The notes under the pieces are model-generated. The model made no database searches and was not told the origin of the DNA. It saw only the letters and a list, made by a program, of their open reading frames with translations. From Pecten maximus (taxonomy: Eukaryota), in contig NC_047020.1 in assembly GCF_902652985.1 (NCBI RefSeq), positions 33,108,001 to 33,172,000 on the forward strand: a stretch of DNA of 64,000 nucleotides. The letters are read 5' to 3'. Positions within the stretch are counted from its first letter, which is position 1. Each line of letters opens with the position of its first letter. The position numbers and the translations under genes were made by a program. This document shows positions 49,232 through 61,229 of this stretch, piece by piece.

Positions 49232-52200
49232 AAAAAAATGTGTGGACAATTTACACTTTGTCTTTGAAAGTTTAATAGATATAGCATGAACGCCAATCTG
49301 ATGTGTTGCTGTGATTTGTTGTTTATTTAATTTTCTTTGCAGTTTTATCACTATGCTAAACGTGTACACATGCATGTAAGCTCAATTTTCTTTCTCAAGC
49401 TTAAACTATTTTTTTTTTAAATATTGAAGATCAGTATTCAGCAAAAAAAGTACATGTACGTACTACAGGTCAACTTTCCCAATACGATAACGGCGACGTA
49501 TACATAATAGAAATTGTATCGGTGCCGAGCCGTTTGTTACTTGATAAATTGTATACCATACACACAATCATACATTATTCCGATAACACAAGACAATCAT
49601 GTACTATAATTTATTACTAACTTGATACCAGCAAATACACAATAACGCCATTCTTACAAGTCACGAACAAATATATGGTCATTTATTTCTTCGACATCAC
49701 AGAGCCACTATAATATTATCATATAATCATTTTGATTCACTTTTGTACTGACATACATTTTTATTATTGAAGCAAACATTTTAGAGAATACAGGAGAGTA
49801 GTTATCTCATTTCGATCAGTTGAAATATGGAAACATTTTGTCATAATACAGACGTCTCATCATAACAATATAGTGTATTTGATATTTCGTCAATATAAAT
49901 ATCATCAGAAAAATTAACAGTAGAACACTTTCGTAAAAAGTCTACGTTATTAACAATGGGTGGCGTAATTGACAACAACAAATATAGAGAATTTATCTAT
50001 GATACAAATGTAAGTGACTAGGACAAATGGATAGTATCTAAGAGTTAAAACGTAGACTCCATACTACGAGTACAACCAATATAAGTCATTATATTATTCA
50101 TTATCGGGTTGTTAAAGATATCTTAACGATCACTGTACGTACTACTAGTATTTAAAATGTTGATAATTAGGTGCATATTAAATTTAATTCAAATCATTGT
50201 TCGTTGTATTGTACATTTGAAGTCGTCTGAAGTTAAGGCAAAATAGTATACTAGTAGAAATGTATATGTATAGACAAAACAGAAGAATGTACATATTCGC
50301 ATACACCACACAGACGTGGAATAAAATTTATCTTTGTTATCAATCCGACGGGTTCTGATGTTATACTGGAGATATAAGGTATACGTTATCGCAAGATCGT
50401 CAGAAAAATTCGGACTGCATGCTTACATTATAACAAACAATAATATCAGAGACGTATATGAAGAAAGGAAAAAACAAACTTGACACCGCCCAAAGTGCTG
50501 TCGTTGTATCTGAACTTTCTACCAATAATGTATAGTCGTCCCAATTGAATGGATGATTATTGAAGGTGGAATTATTTGATATCAACTTTATTCGAGCCTG
50601 TGAGTGAAGCTTTCAGTCAAAATCGATATGTACAACTTCCCAAATATATGTGAACCCGGAAGTGATCGAAGTTGCCCGAAGTGCTGATCGAATTTACCCG
50701 ACGCATGATCGAATTTACCCGACTCGTAGTTTTGACACATTTTTTCCCTTCTAAACTCCAATTATAGAGGAAGACAATGTAGTTTTTGTATTTTGGGAGC
50801 ATTCGACCCTATTTTCATTTACGTAAGCAACGCAGAGCCTAGAATCGATCATGTGACCTCTCAAATCCCGAGAGAAACTGAAGTGATCGAAGTTACCCGA
50901 CTTTCCCCTAGCATCTAAAGCGTTAACAAATCAACATTAAAACGTGTTAAACCAGATATATATACAGTACAGTACTAATATAGTATATAAGTCTCTGGTT
51001 AAACGTGTTAGGGTAAATTAACCTAATTCCAGCGTATCACCTACTTCCAGGCACTTTTTTACTCGAACAAATATGCTATTTACTGACCTACCAAATGCCC
51101 TTGAATATGATGTTTAATGATGTAGGGGGCTTAAATTTTCTAGTTTTTTGCAATGTTGTAAGTGGCCTTAATGATAATCAAGTTTATAAGGCGGGATTTT
51201 TTTATGCTGCTTTCCTGGGCTGTACAAGGTCAGATTTCAAAGGTGATTTTTGAGAATTTATTCATATCCCACTTCATACATTCTGATTCTATGATAACAT
51301 ATAAATGCTTAAAAGGAAATTCAATATCTTCAATTTGTCAAAATGTATCATAAGCTGTAATAATCAGCACTGGAAATGTTGTAATATCTGCATAATGATA
51401 AGGTCAATGAACCCATCCTCCCTGGATTTGGGAACAAACTTCTTTTTTTTCTCAAAGATCATAATGTCATATTAGAAAGTTTACAATAGCGTAAATATAA
51501 GAATATATTTGGAATAGATATAAGAGCTGTATATAGGCCTAGGCCTTACCAACAATCACATTATTAAAGTATCACTATACAATATTGTTGAAGGAATATA
51601 AAGAAACCAACATAAAAATGTGGGTCGTTTTCTCGGAATATTCACGGAAATTCCGCAAATGAACATTAACTCAAAAGTCTTGGCTTGTAGCAAAATCTGG
51701 TATGTTGGCGCTGTTGTAGTAATTTCTTATCATAATGAAATCAGTCAAAAAAGCCCAAAAAGCATTTTATTTTATTATAACAAGTTAAAAATGAAATCTT
51801 AAAGGTACGTCCGACCATTATGAAGATTCGTCAAATGTTAAAAATTTTCGCTGATTGTATGTAAAGTCATAGGCTCTACGATATCTTAAAATAGATGTCC
51901 AGTTTTCGGCGAAACGATGTTCAAGAAAAAATAACGAATTAAAAATAACTTCCATATTTTTCACATCCATGCATGATCGTTATTAAAGAGTTATTTACTG
52001 TTATTTCCCCCTCAAGTCATTACTTTCCTACCGATAATGATTACCTGCCTATTTTCAGCGTACAGAAACGCATTTCTTGCGTAATATTCAAGTTACAGGA
52101 CACTTTTATTCACTTTTTTTATTACACAATATATTGTTATATAAATTAAAACGGGCGATGTTTTTGAGATGATAGATCTTAGAGCCTATGCTAGTAATGA

Positions 52201-52719
52201 TTTCACTGGATAGAAAATCATTGTACATAACTTAAATGGTGATATTATCAAAGTAAACAAAATGTATGCAGTATTACAGGAAACGCAGAATAAAGGAAAA
52301 CAGAAAAGTTTGTATAAAAAACGTAAAAGTAGTTTAAAGTTTTATTTGATTTCGAGAACGCTTTTAATAAAACAATTGTGAGATATTGATACCACAAAAC
52401 ATAGTTAAGAAAAAGGAAGAAGAATGCTAGTAAGTGATATTTTATATCAGGAGAGACTTCCGGTTGACATGACTATGTGAGCGCACGTGCCTGAGGAGCT
52501 CCGATAAAAAATTCGTCAATTTCAAGTTTCCTGGTCAAAAAAGCAGCATTTGTCGGCACCAGCATCTGGCTCATGTAGCAAGGTAACGTGACACAAAAAC
52601 ATTCATTACTTTGTTTCCAATTTGGAAACACGTTATAACTGAAAAGTACATGTACTGTACCTGCCCACCTGTGAACTATTTATAGCTGAGCTGTATACGT
52701 GTATTGAACGTTTACCCGA

Positions 52720-53412
52720 ATGATGGCAGTTGAAGTCAATAAAAATGCTGAGTACCAAGCCCTGGTTGATTCATACAAAAACAAAGACATATCAGAGTGT
52801 TTCGCCAATATGCATTTCAGTTTTAGTCGCGAGGTTGATGCTATTAGAGGCACAGTTAAAGAACTCAGTTCGCGTGTTGATCAGCTGGAAAGCTTTGCCA
52901 CTCATGCTAACCAGACTTTAAACATGATTGAGCCTGATATTAATAAGAAAATAACTAGTGAGGCTCATGAGAGACTGAAACTAGAAATATGGGGACGCAA
53001 GTGGAATCTTGTATTCAAAGGTATCGTGGGATCCGAGGGGGAAAAGCCAAGGGAGACACTCGCGCAGGTCAGAAAATTTTTATTGACGGATCTGAAAATT
53101 CCCCAAGAAACTGTTGACCAAATGGTATTCCAAGCAGCTCATAGGTTGAAAGGGGGTCAGGAGGGAAAAAAGAATATTATCGTTCGTTTTAATAGTCTGA
53201 TCGACAGAGACGAGGTGATGGAAGCAGGCATGGGGCTAAAACCTGGATCGGGCTTCAGTGTTGTTACGGATCTCCCCCCTGAAATTAATAGAATCCGGGC
53301 ACAGCTACTGAAACAGCGCTGGGAAATGTCCTCGGTGGAGAAGAAAAAGGTTAAACTGGTCTACCAAAGGGATTATCCTTTCGTCGCCCTGAAACAAAAG
53401 CCTAAGTTCTAA
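52720..53412 (+). CDS. LINE ORF1p (coiled coil plus L1-type RRM/CTD)
   Basis: 230 aa; LEIWGRKWNLVFKGI, AAHRL, IIVRF and DLPPEI...R motifs typical of L1/Tx1 ORF1. Confidence 0.9.
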   Translation: MMAVEVNKNAEYQALVDSYKNKDISECFANMHFSFSREVDAIRGTVKELSSRVDQLESFATHANQTLNMIEPDINKKITSEAHERLKLEIWGRKWNLVFKGIVGSEGEKPRETLAQVRKFLLTDLKIPQETVDQMVFQAAHRLKGGQEGKKNIIVRFNSLIDRDEVMEAGMGLKPGSGFSVVTDLPPEINRIRAQLLKQRWEMSSVEKKKVKLVYQRDYPFVALKQKPKF

Positions 53413-54473
53413 ATGTTCTGATACATTACAATATATGCGAATACCGCTCGGTAGGATGAAGCTGACAGTACTTTATATCAATATTGTGTGACGGTCAGTA
53501 TGCGTGACACGGACTTGAGCACGCGCGCACCGTTCTCGTGTCTTACCGGGGTGGAATGAATGACAATTGTGAAAACACAGGTGTAATGTGACATAACTAG
53601 CAGTGTTTTTGTATGTGGGTTTTTTTTTTGTTTTTTTTTTATGTGACGACCAGTTTGTGTAGAGTGTATGGTGATTCACTAATTAAATAATAAATACATA
53701 TATATATATCTATTAAAGTATAACACAAAGATTGAGGTATTTACAATGTAATCTTTATCATAAGCTAGTACACTGTAGACATTTTGTTTACAGTTGTAAA
53801 CTCTATCCTCTACCAATATCAATGTCACTTAATAGTGGATCAGCCATTTTGTACCTCAAAGATACATGTACACACATTGCCTTACGTGTAGTTTGTCAAT
53901 CACTTGTACATTTAAAGGATTGCATATATAACGATTTTTTTTAAACTCATTTATTATTTGAAATGCAGATATATATGTTGTCTGCCTACATGTACATGTA
54001 GTTTTCTGTACGGAGTTGTCGTTCCTGGTAAAGGTCGACAACACGGGACTCATCCCTATCAATATAATCGATTACTAAACGTTTTTGTGTTAGCTATTTT
54101 AGATTGAATTAATGAAGTTACAACGCTTATATATTATATACATGTATGTACAATATATACTTAAGCTGTGCATGCCATAAAATTAGAATAATAATCCTAA
54201 AAATTACATATGACTACATTCTGTTAGTGTTGGCTCAGTAAAAAAAAAATAATTTTAATGACTGAAAATGTAGAATATCGGAGAATCCTCAGGCTCCTTA
54301 TTCGGGAATATACATTGTAGGGAGAATGTTTGAAAGGGAAGTTTATCTATGGGGATTGGGGAACGGGGAGTTTTCATTGTTTGTTTCAAATGCGTCATTC
54401 ACTTTATTATCCAAATCTAAGGTCAAATTGTTGAAAATATACCTTATTGTCATAATCAATATACCATTTGAAA

Positions 54474-57400
54474 ATGGGTAAAATACGAATCGGAAGTTTG
54501 AATTGCCGTGGTCTTGCTAGTGATTTAGTTAAGAGGCGGGACGTTTTTCATAGATGTCGATCAAAATACGATATCACAATTTTAACGGATACACACGGCC
54601 ATACTAATTCAGAAACATTGTGGAGGAATGAATGGGGAGGTAATATAAAATTTGCGTCGTTTTCATCAAACTGTAGGGGTATTGCAATACTTTTTAAAAA
54701 TTCTTTCGATTACAGTGTGGTTGGTGAGTATAACGACCCAGACGGGAATTTTTTATTATTAAATATGATTATACAAAATGTTAAATTAACACTTTGTGGA
54801 ATATACGGTCCAAATGATGATAAGCCAGCATTTTTTAGTAATCTACAAAATAGAATAGAAGCTATTGGTAATGATACTATAATCATAGCGGGGGACTGGA
54901 ACGTCGCACTTGAATATGAAGTAGACACTTTCAATTATCGTCATCGCAATAATACCAGAGCAAATATTGAAATCCATAACATGATGCAAAATTTAGATCT
55001 AATTGATGTTTGGAGGGAATTTAATCCAGATGATAGAAAATACACGTGGTTTGGTCCAAATGGGAAAAAAAGTCGCCTTGATTATTTTTTGATATCCTCT
55101 GATTTACATAATAATATTCCTGCAGTAGGTATGGACTACGCTTACAAATCTGACCACTCGCCTGTTCATATTGAATTGGAATTTATTAAACAGCAGCGTG
55201 GGCGAGGTACATGGAAATTCAATAATAGTCTGCTCGGGGATCCGGAATATGTAAATAAAGTCAAGAATATTATCACAGAAGTTATAGCACAATACAGAGT
55301 AGATAACAATAATGACTTAGAAAACGCAGAATTTAACATAAGTGACAAATTATTTTGGGAAACCTTAAAACTAATGATACGGGGAAAGACAATTAGCTAT
55401 TCTTCATTTAAGAAAAGGGAACGAGAAAAACAGGAGAACGATTTGGACAGTGAACTAAAAAATTTGTATGATAAATACCATTCAGAACAAAATGCACAAT
55501 TACTGCAGGATATCTCAGAAACAGAGGTAAAATTAAAAACTTTAAGGGATAAGAAAATTAAAGGGATAATCACAAGAGCAAAGGTAAGGTGGAAGGTCGA
55601 AGGGGAAAAAAGCACTAAATACTTCTGCAATCTTGAAAAACGACAATACAATGAAAAAATGATTCCTAAACTAATTAATGACAACGGAAATGAAATACAC
55701 AATTTAAATGAAATACTTAATGAACAATCAGCATTTTATTCCAATCTTTACAATACGAAAGGAACATTGTTTAATGAAGTTCACCAAGAATACTTTTTTA
55801 ATGATAATAATCCGTTTATAACTAAACTCACGGATGAGCAAAGTGATTCTATGAATGGTCCACTCACGGTTGAAGAATGTTTAAGAACAATAAAAAATAT
55901 GAGTAATGGAAAATCTCCAGGATTAGATGGATTCACCGTAGAGTTTTATAAATTTTTCTGGACAGATCTAAAACATTTTCTGCTAAGATCCATTAATCAA
56001 TCATTAAGAGATCAGGAAATGTCAATTAGTCAGAGACGGGGATTAATTAAATGTATTCCGAAACAAGGGAAATCAAAATTGTATTTAAAAGATTGGAGAC
56101 CTATTACTTTATTAAATGTCGATTATAAAATTGCATCGTCGTGTATTGCCAATAGAATTAAACAAACTCTAGTTGATATTATAAGTCCGAGTCAGGCGGG
56201 ATTTGTCAAAGGTCGTTACATAGGGGAATGTACCAGGATAATTAATGATATTATTGAAAAGACGGAAGTTAATAATCAATCGGGTATTTTGCTAATGTTA
56301 GATTTTGAAAAGGCATTTGACTCCCTTGAGTGGCCATTCATAGAAAGAACTTTACGTTTTTTTGGTTTTAACGACTTCATTGTAAACTGTTTTAAAACTT
56401 TATACTCACATATATCTGCCTGTGTTGAAAACAATGGTCACCTCTCTACTTTTTTTCAAGTTACACGCGGAGTGCGACAAGGGGATCCTTTGTCTCCATA
56501 TTTGTTTATTATTTGTATTGAATTATTGAGTGCAGCAATCAAATATGACCCTGATGTCAAGGGCATAATTTTAAATAATTCTGAATATCTTATAAGTCAG
56601 TACGCAGATGACTCAACATTAATACTTGATGATGATGCAAGGTCCTTAGCAAAATCTTTATTTTTGATCGACATCTATGGAGAATGTTCTGGTCTAAAAA
56701 CCAATTACGATAAGTCTCAAGCTGTATGGATTGGGGTAAAACGGGGCTGCGGAGAGGAGATTGAAACGGAGCAAAATGTAACCTGGAATCAGCAAGGGAA
56801 ATTTAAGTTGTTAGGGATAAGATACGATTTATCTAAAGATGATATTTATGAAGATAATTTTGTCGAAAAATTAAAATCAGTGGAGTCACTTCTCTCAGAC
56901 TGGTCTTTTAGGAATCTTTCCATCATTGGGAAAGTGACTGTTATCAAAACATTAGTCTTTCCTATTATTGTGCAAATACTAACTGTTATCCCTAGTCCAC
57001 ATATTAAGATCCTAACAAACTTTCAAAGATTATTTTTTCATTTTATATGGAATAGTAAAGTTGATAAATTGAAAAGGAACCTTTTAATTGGTGATTATAA
57101 AGATGGAGGTTTGAAAGTTCTGGATATTTTTTCTTACTGTAAATCTTTAAAACTTATATGGATAAAGAAATGTTTGGATTCTAGTAATCATGCAGATTGG
57201 AAAAGGTTATTAGTTGATGATATAGAACATGTTGGAGGAAATAAAATATGGAGTTTAACAAAACATGGACTAGAGGAAGTTGTTAAGAAGTATAGTTTTG
57301 GGAAATTTTGGAAGGAAATTATGTCTATTTGGGGAAATCTATACGAACTCCTCCCGACAGCCCCGGAATATGTTCTCTCTCAGCCTCTATGGTTTAATAA

Positions 57401-58286
57401 AGAAATAAAAGTTAATAGACGAACCATCTTCTTCAAAAATCTGTGTAATGAAGGCATATATTTTGTTAAAGACTTAGTAGATGAGCATGGTAACATTATG
57501 TCTCTAGATAGTCTTATTCAGAAATACCGAGTAGATATGAACTTTATGACCTACAATAGCCTTATTAGTGCAATACCGAGAGGCTGGAAGAGAATGATCA
57601 CCAATTATGGAAAAAATATTGAAAATGTTTTGCATGATAATTTGAGGCAACTGAAAAATATTGAAAAGCCAAATAAGTTTTTCTATAAGAAATTACTGTC
57701 TACTGTATTAATATTTCCACAACAATCCCATGAAAGGTGGCACACTATTCTGAATATCTCTCTTAGCCAAGATAACTGGGAAAATATCCATGCACTTCCA
57801 TTTCGTGAGACAAAGGATTCAAAATTACAAAGTTTACAATACAGAATCACCCATAGAATTTTTTTTACAAACGGTATGCTATTAAAACGAAAGTTATTAG
57901 AACATCAGGAATGTAGTTTTTGTAGTGGTGCACCAGAAACAATATACCACCTTTTTTGGGATTGTACACATAGTCAATCACTCTGGACATGTTTTATAAA
58001 TGCAGTTTTTATTAAATATAATGTTGTTTTAGAAAGAAAACCGGCTACTTTCCTATTTGGCATAAATGATGATGTTCAAGTGATAGGTTTAAATATATGC
58101 ATATTGCTCATTAAGAAATATATATCGTTGATGCGACAATATAAAAAAATTCCAAACTGGGAAACATGTAAGACATTTATTCGAAATTACAGAAATCTTG
58201 ATCTCTATTCGACCTATATGTTGACCCAAAACGCAGCGAACAAGATCCGGCAAAAATGGGAAAGTATCAAACTTATTTTAGAATGA
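54474..58286 (+). CDS. LINE ORF2p: APE endonuclease, reverse transcriptase and C-terminal zinc finger
   Basis: SLNCRGL, GDWN, SRLDYFL and SDH (endonuclease); KSPGLDG, WRPITLLNVDYK, LDFEKAFD, GVRQGDPLSP and YADD (RT); CSFC..H.FWDC. First ATG at 54474. Confidence 0.97.
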   Translation: MGKIRIGSLNCRGLASDLVKRRDVFHRCRSKYDITILTDTHGHTNSETLWRNEWGGNIKFASFSSNCRGIAILFKNSFDYSVVGEYNDPDGNFLLLNMIIQNVKLTLCGIYGPNDDKPAFFSNLQNRIEAIGNDTIIIAGDWNVALEYEVDTFNYRHRNNTRANIEIHNMMQNLDLIDVWREFNPDDRKYTWFGPNGKKSRLDYFLISSDLHNNIPAVGMDYAYKSDHSPVHIELEFIKQQRGRGTWKFNNSLLGDPEYVNKVKNIITEVIAQYRVDNNNDLENAEFNISDKLFWETLKLMIRGKTISYSSFKKREREKQENDLDSELKNLYDKYHSEQNAQLLQDISETEVKLKTLRDKKIKGIITRAKVRWKVEGEKSTKYFCNLEKRQYNEKMIPKLINDNGNEIHNLNEILNEQSAFYSNLYNTKGTLFNEVHQEYFFNDNNPFITKLTDEQSDSMNGPLTVEECLRTIKNMSNGKSPGLDGFTVEFYKFFWTDLKHFLLRSINQSLRDQEMSISQRRGLIKCIPKQGKSKLYLKDWRPITLLNVDYKIASSCIANRIKQTLVDIISPSQAGFVKGRYIGECTRIINDIIEKTEVNNQSGILLMLDFEKAFDSLEWPFIERTLRFFGFNDFIVNCFKTLYSHISACVENNGHLSTFFQVTRGVRQGDPLSPYLFIICIELLSAAIKYDPDVKGIILNNSEYLISQYADDSTLILDDDARSLAKSLFLIDIYGECSGLKTNYDKSQAVWIGVKRGCGEEIETEQNVTWNQQGKFKLLGIRYDLSKDDIYEDNFVEKLKSVESLLSDWSFRNLSIIGKVTVIKTLVFPIIVQILTVIPSPHIKILTNFQRLFFHFIWNSKVDKLKRNLLIGDYKDGGLKVLDIFSYCKSLKLIWIKKCLDSSNHADWKRLLVDDIEHVGGNKIWSLTKHGLEEVVKKYSFGKFWKEIMSIWGNLYELLPTAPEYVLSQPLWFNKEIKVNRRTIFFKNLCNEGIYFVKDLVDEHGNIMSLDSLIQKYRVDMNFMTYNSLISAIPRGWKRMITNYGKNIENVLHDNLRQLKNIEKPNKFFYKKLLSTVLIFPQQSHERWHTILNISLSQDNWENIHALPFRETKDSKLQSLQYRITHRIFFTNGMLLKRKLLEHQECSFCSGAPETIYHLFWDCTHSQSLWTCFINAVFIKYNVVLERKPATFLFGINDDVQVIGLNICILLIKKYISLMRQYKKIPNWETCKTFIRNYRNLDLYSTYMLTQNAANKIRQKWESIKLILE

Positions 58287-58889
58287 ACTTTGATATTTTG
58301 TCTATAATGTGTGTTTTCATCAACAACCTTTGTCAAAATTGTACCTTAACTATGTGATTGATGCAATTAAAATATCAATTAAAAAAAAAAAAGAAGATAT
58401 TTTATATCAGAACACCGTGCAACCAGCAACAGACATAGTTTAAGAAAGGTTTATATACAATAGATACAATACAACATAATAAAGTTATCAACACATAGAA
58501 TACATTTGAAAACCGAGAACTCAAACTAAACATAAAAAAATCAGTGGATTCGTTTTTATATTATTATTATGATACAACTTTCGGTGATAGTAAAAAACAA
58601 AATCTGACGTTCATCGAAATTTGAAAAAAAACCACTATCTACAGTAAAGAACACAAAATGAATAAGGATATGTTAAACATTGTATTTAGAGATGATGTCA
58701 AAACGGCGACAGAATGTGTGTACATGTTGAACTGTTAATAACTTTGTGAGAGAAAAAAAAAGATACATGTACATGCTTTCTAAGGAAAGGTCCAAATATG
58801 TAGGCTGTATCACAAGCGGGATTTCGGCTTTAGCCTATAGTAGCAGGATGATTTCCGTGAGAGCGAAAGGTCGATAGTTCGAAGCCCGG

Positions 58890-59290
58890 CAAGTAGTAGG
58901 TACAGTGTAGTATGCAGTGAGTAGTAAACAGGAAGTAGACTAGTACATTGTAAGCATTAGGCAGCGTTTGCAGTAGACACTAAGCAGCAATAAGCAGTAG
59001 GCAGTGTTTGAAGTAGACAGTATGTAGTACGCAGTAGACAGTACTTGCAGTAGACACTAAGCAGCAATAAGCAGTAGTCAGTGTAAGTATTAAGTAGTAG
59101 GCAGTATTTGCAGTAGACACTAAGCAGTAATAAGCATTAGGTAGTGTTTACAGTAGACACTAAGCAGTAATTAGCAGTAAGCAGTGTTTGCAGTAGACAG
59201 TAAGCAGTAATAAGCAGTGAGCAGTGGATTTGGCAGTAGGCAGTACGCAGTAATAGTACATTGTAGTTAAAATGTAACAAGCAGTAGGCA
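58890..59290. repeat. Composite (GCAGTA)-based minisatellite, ~40-bp unit
   Basis: Repeated AAGCAGTAGGCAGTGTTTGCAGTAGACACTAAGCAGTAAT. Confidence 0.8.
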
Positions 59291-60129
59291 GGCTTTACTC
59301 ATATAAATTCTTCAATGACTTCTACTAGCTGCGTTTTGCGCAACCTTTGTGCACCTTTTCATCCCCCGTAGTACTATGAGCCTGTAGATTTTAGGGTTTC
59401 ATTTTCCTCACGCTTTGGATATTGGTTTGACCTCTGCTCTTTTACAGGAATCAGCTAGTTCGCTCTTATGTTAACAATGAGCGGCTTAATGATGGTTACA
59501 GAGTTTTGACATACATATTTCGTATTTGGCCTGCATGACTTTTGTTCGATTTTACCTCTTTTTTTTCTTTTTTTGTTTGTTTGATAGCTTGTTTTTGTTT
59601 TGTTGTCTTTTCTTATTATTATTTTAATAATCAATTAATTCATTTATTGCTTTTTTTTGTTATTTCATATTACCAATTTTCTGACTTTCTTAGTTCTTTT
59701 ACCTGCGTCTTTCCATAAAAGCTGAGGGTCTGATTTGAGTTGTTAAGCCATATCACTGTCAAAAGGATACTTGTTCGACCTCCTTCCGTGTGGCGGTACA
59801 TTCATTGCGCACTACTCCGCTTCCTTCAATTGAAATTTACATTATTAAGATGGACAGCAATAAACGAAATCTGAGAAGGAAAAAAAATGTGATCATATAT
59901 AAACCTTCATATTATCTACATGAAGGAGAGAGTGTGCAGGGAAGAGGAGAGAGGTGAAAGTGCAGTGGGCTTGCAAGCTTATTAACAACATCAAATCTTT
60001 CATGATCATAATTATCTCCATTTAGAGAGAGAGAAAAATACAGGGTACCAAATGATTCGTCAACTGAGGTAGTAATTTCCAAAGTGACGAAAGTAACGAA
60101 CACATTTGTATAAAGTCAAAAGCGTTTAG

Positions 60130-61050
60130 TAGCAATTATAAACTTTTGAATATATGTAAACAATTCCTTATTTTCTTCGAAAGAGAGGGTTTCATCTCCA
60201 AATAGTAACATCCTTTCAGTTAAATGATACTGATTGATCGGGTTGAAGTATGGCGTGCGGAGATTAACGTATAGTAGGCATCGCAAAAGATAGTGGAAAT
60301 ACAGAGAGGACTATCAACTAAGCCTTTCGAGAAAAGGTGGCAATTTAGGGAGCTACATTCCATTCTTAATCTCGCATGGAGGATCTGGCTTTGTCTGCTT
60401 CCAGAGGAGAAATATAATGGTACTTTGGTGGGAGGTCCATGCAAACGTTTCTTAAGTTTGCGCAGTGACGGATTCGTTTTAACATCAGACGTAAGAGAGT
60501 TCCAACATTTTAAGACAAAGAAAATAAAAGAATTTTGAAATAAAGAAGAGGACGAACATTTTCTCCGTCTCTAGTAGCATGAATATGTACATCGGAATTT
60601 CTATTTGGGATTATGTTTTGTCTCGTATTTTCTCCTGAGATTGCGCTTTTTTATATTCTCGCTGTGATTCCTGATTGATGTTCCGTTTTTAGAGGTTCTT
60701 TCGAAACGCTTCATGCACACCGCTACGTTTTTACGAATACTTTCCATATAACTTTCTGAGGTAGAGAGTGGCAGAGTGGCAGGCATCATCTACTTTTCGA
60801 CGTACATGAATCGAGGTACTCAGTGTCGAATAAGGCTATTTCCTGTGAAATCACATCTTACAATGTATTTGCATTTGTGGAAATTGATCTTTGGTTCCTG
60901 GTTTTGGTCTCATTCATGTGAACATCATTGTTGGAGGACAGGATAGAAAACAGACCATTATACACATCCCAATCCGGCTCTTATACAACATCGCCTACCA
61001 TATTCTCCTCGTTAGTTAAAATCAAGTCTAATTGGTTTGGTTAAAATTGT
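60130..61050 (-). mobile_element. Decayed CR1/L2-type LINE fragments
   Basis: Minus strand gives LDLILTNEENMVGDV (endonuclease C-terminus, ~60985-61035) and CWNSL...ILHARLRMECSSLNCHLFSKGLVDSPLC (post-RT region, ~60300-60510), with stops and frameshifts. Confidence 0.7.
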
Positions 61051-61229
61051 TATAAATGGCATCGTCGACCCCACATGAACAAATGCTCTATCGCTTTGTG
61101 CGATATTCACTTAGGGTCGAGAAATTCCATTATCAAAAATAAAAGACAATTGCATACAGTGTATCTAATGGCGCTGCATCACGTATATTTTTCGAGGATT
61201 AGGTGCATTAAGTGTAGTTGTTGTATTGA

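Larger units (their letters stand above)
48450..50908. mobile_element. TA-flanked non-autonomous DNA transposon (Tc1/mariner-pogo-like ends) carrying a HIRAN gene
   Basis: Perfect 17-bp inverted core CGGGTAACTTCGATCAC (48459-48475) and GTGATCGAAGTTACCCG (50883-50899), each 9 nt inside a TA. Additional copies of the motif at ~48423, 50662, 50686 and 50706. No transposase ORF visible. The left boundary is uncertain. Confidence 0.6.
52451..58395 (+). mobile_element. Full-length Tx1/L1-clade non-LTR retrotransposon
   Basis: 15-bp perfect TSD GATATTTTATATCAG (52436-52450, 58396-58410), 5' GAGAGACTTCCGG, two intact ORFs, short 3' UTR with ATTAAA and a poly(A) tail. Confidence 0.96.

Noticed and set aside
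51800-52230. TTAAAGGTAC-starting MITE as host of the LINE insertion
   Set aside because: An internal inverted repeat is visible, but no matching right TIR or TTAA could be located on either side of the LINE.
58830-58890. tRNA-like sequence (GTTCGAAGCCC)
   Set aside because: No full cloverleaf; at most a decayed SINE head.
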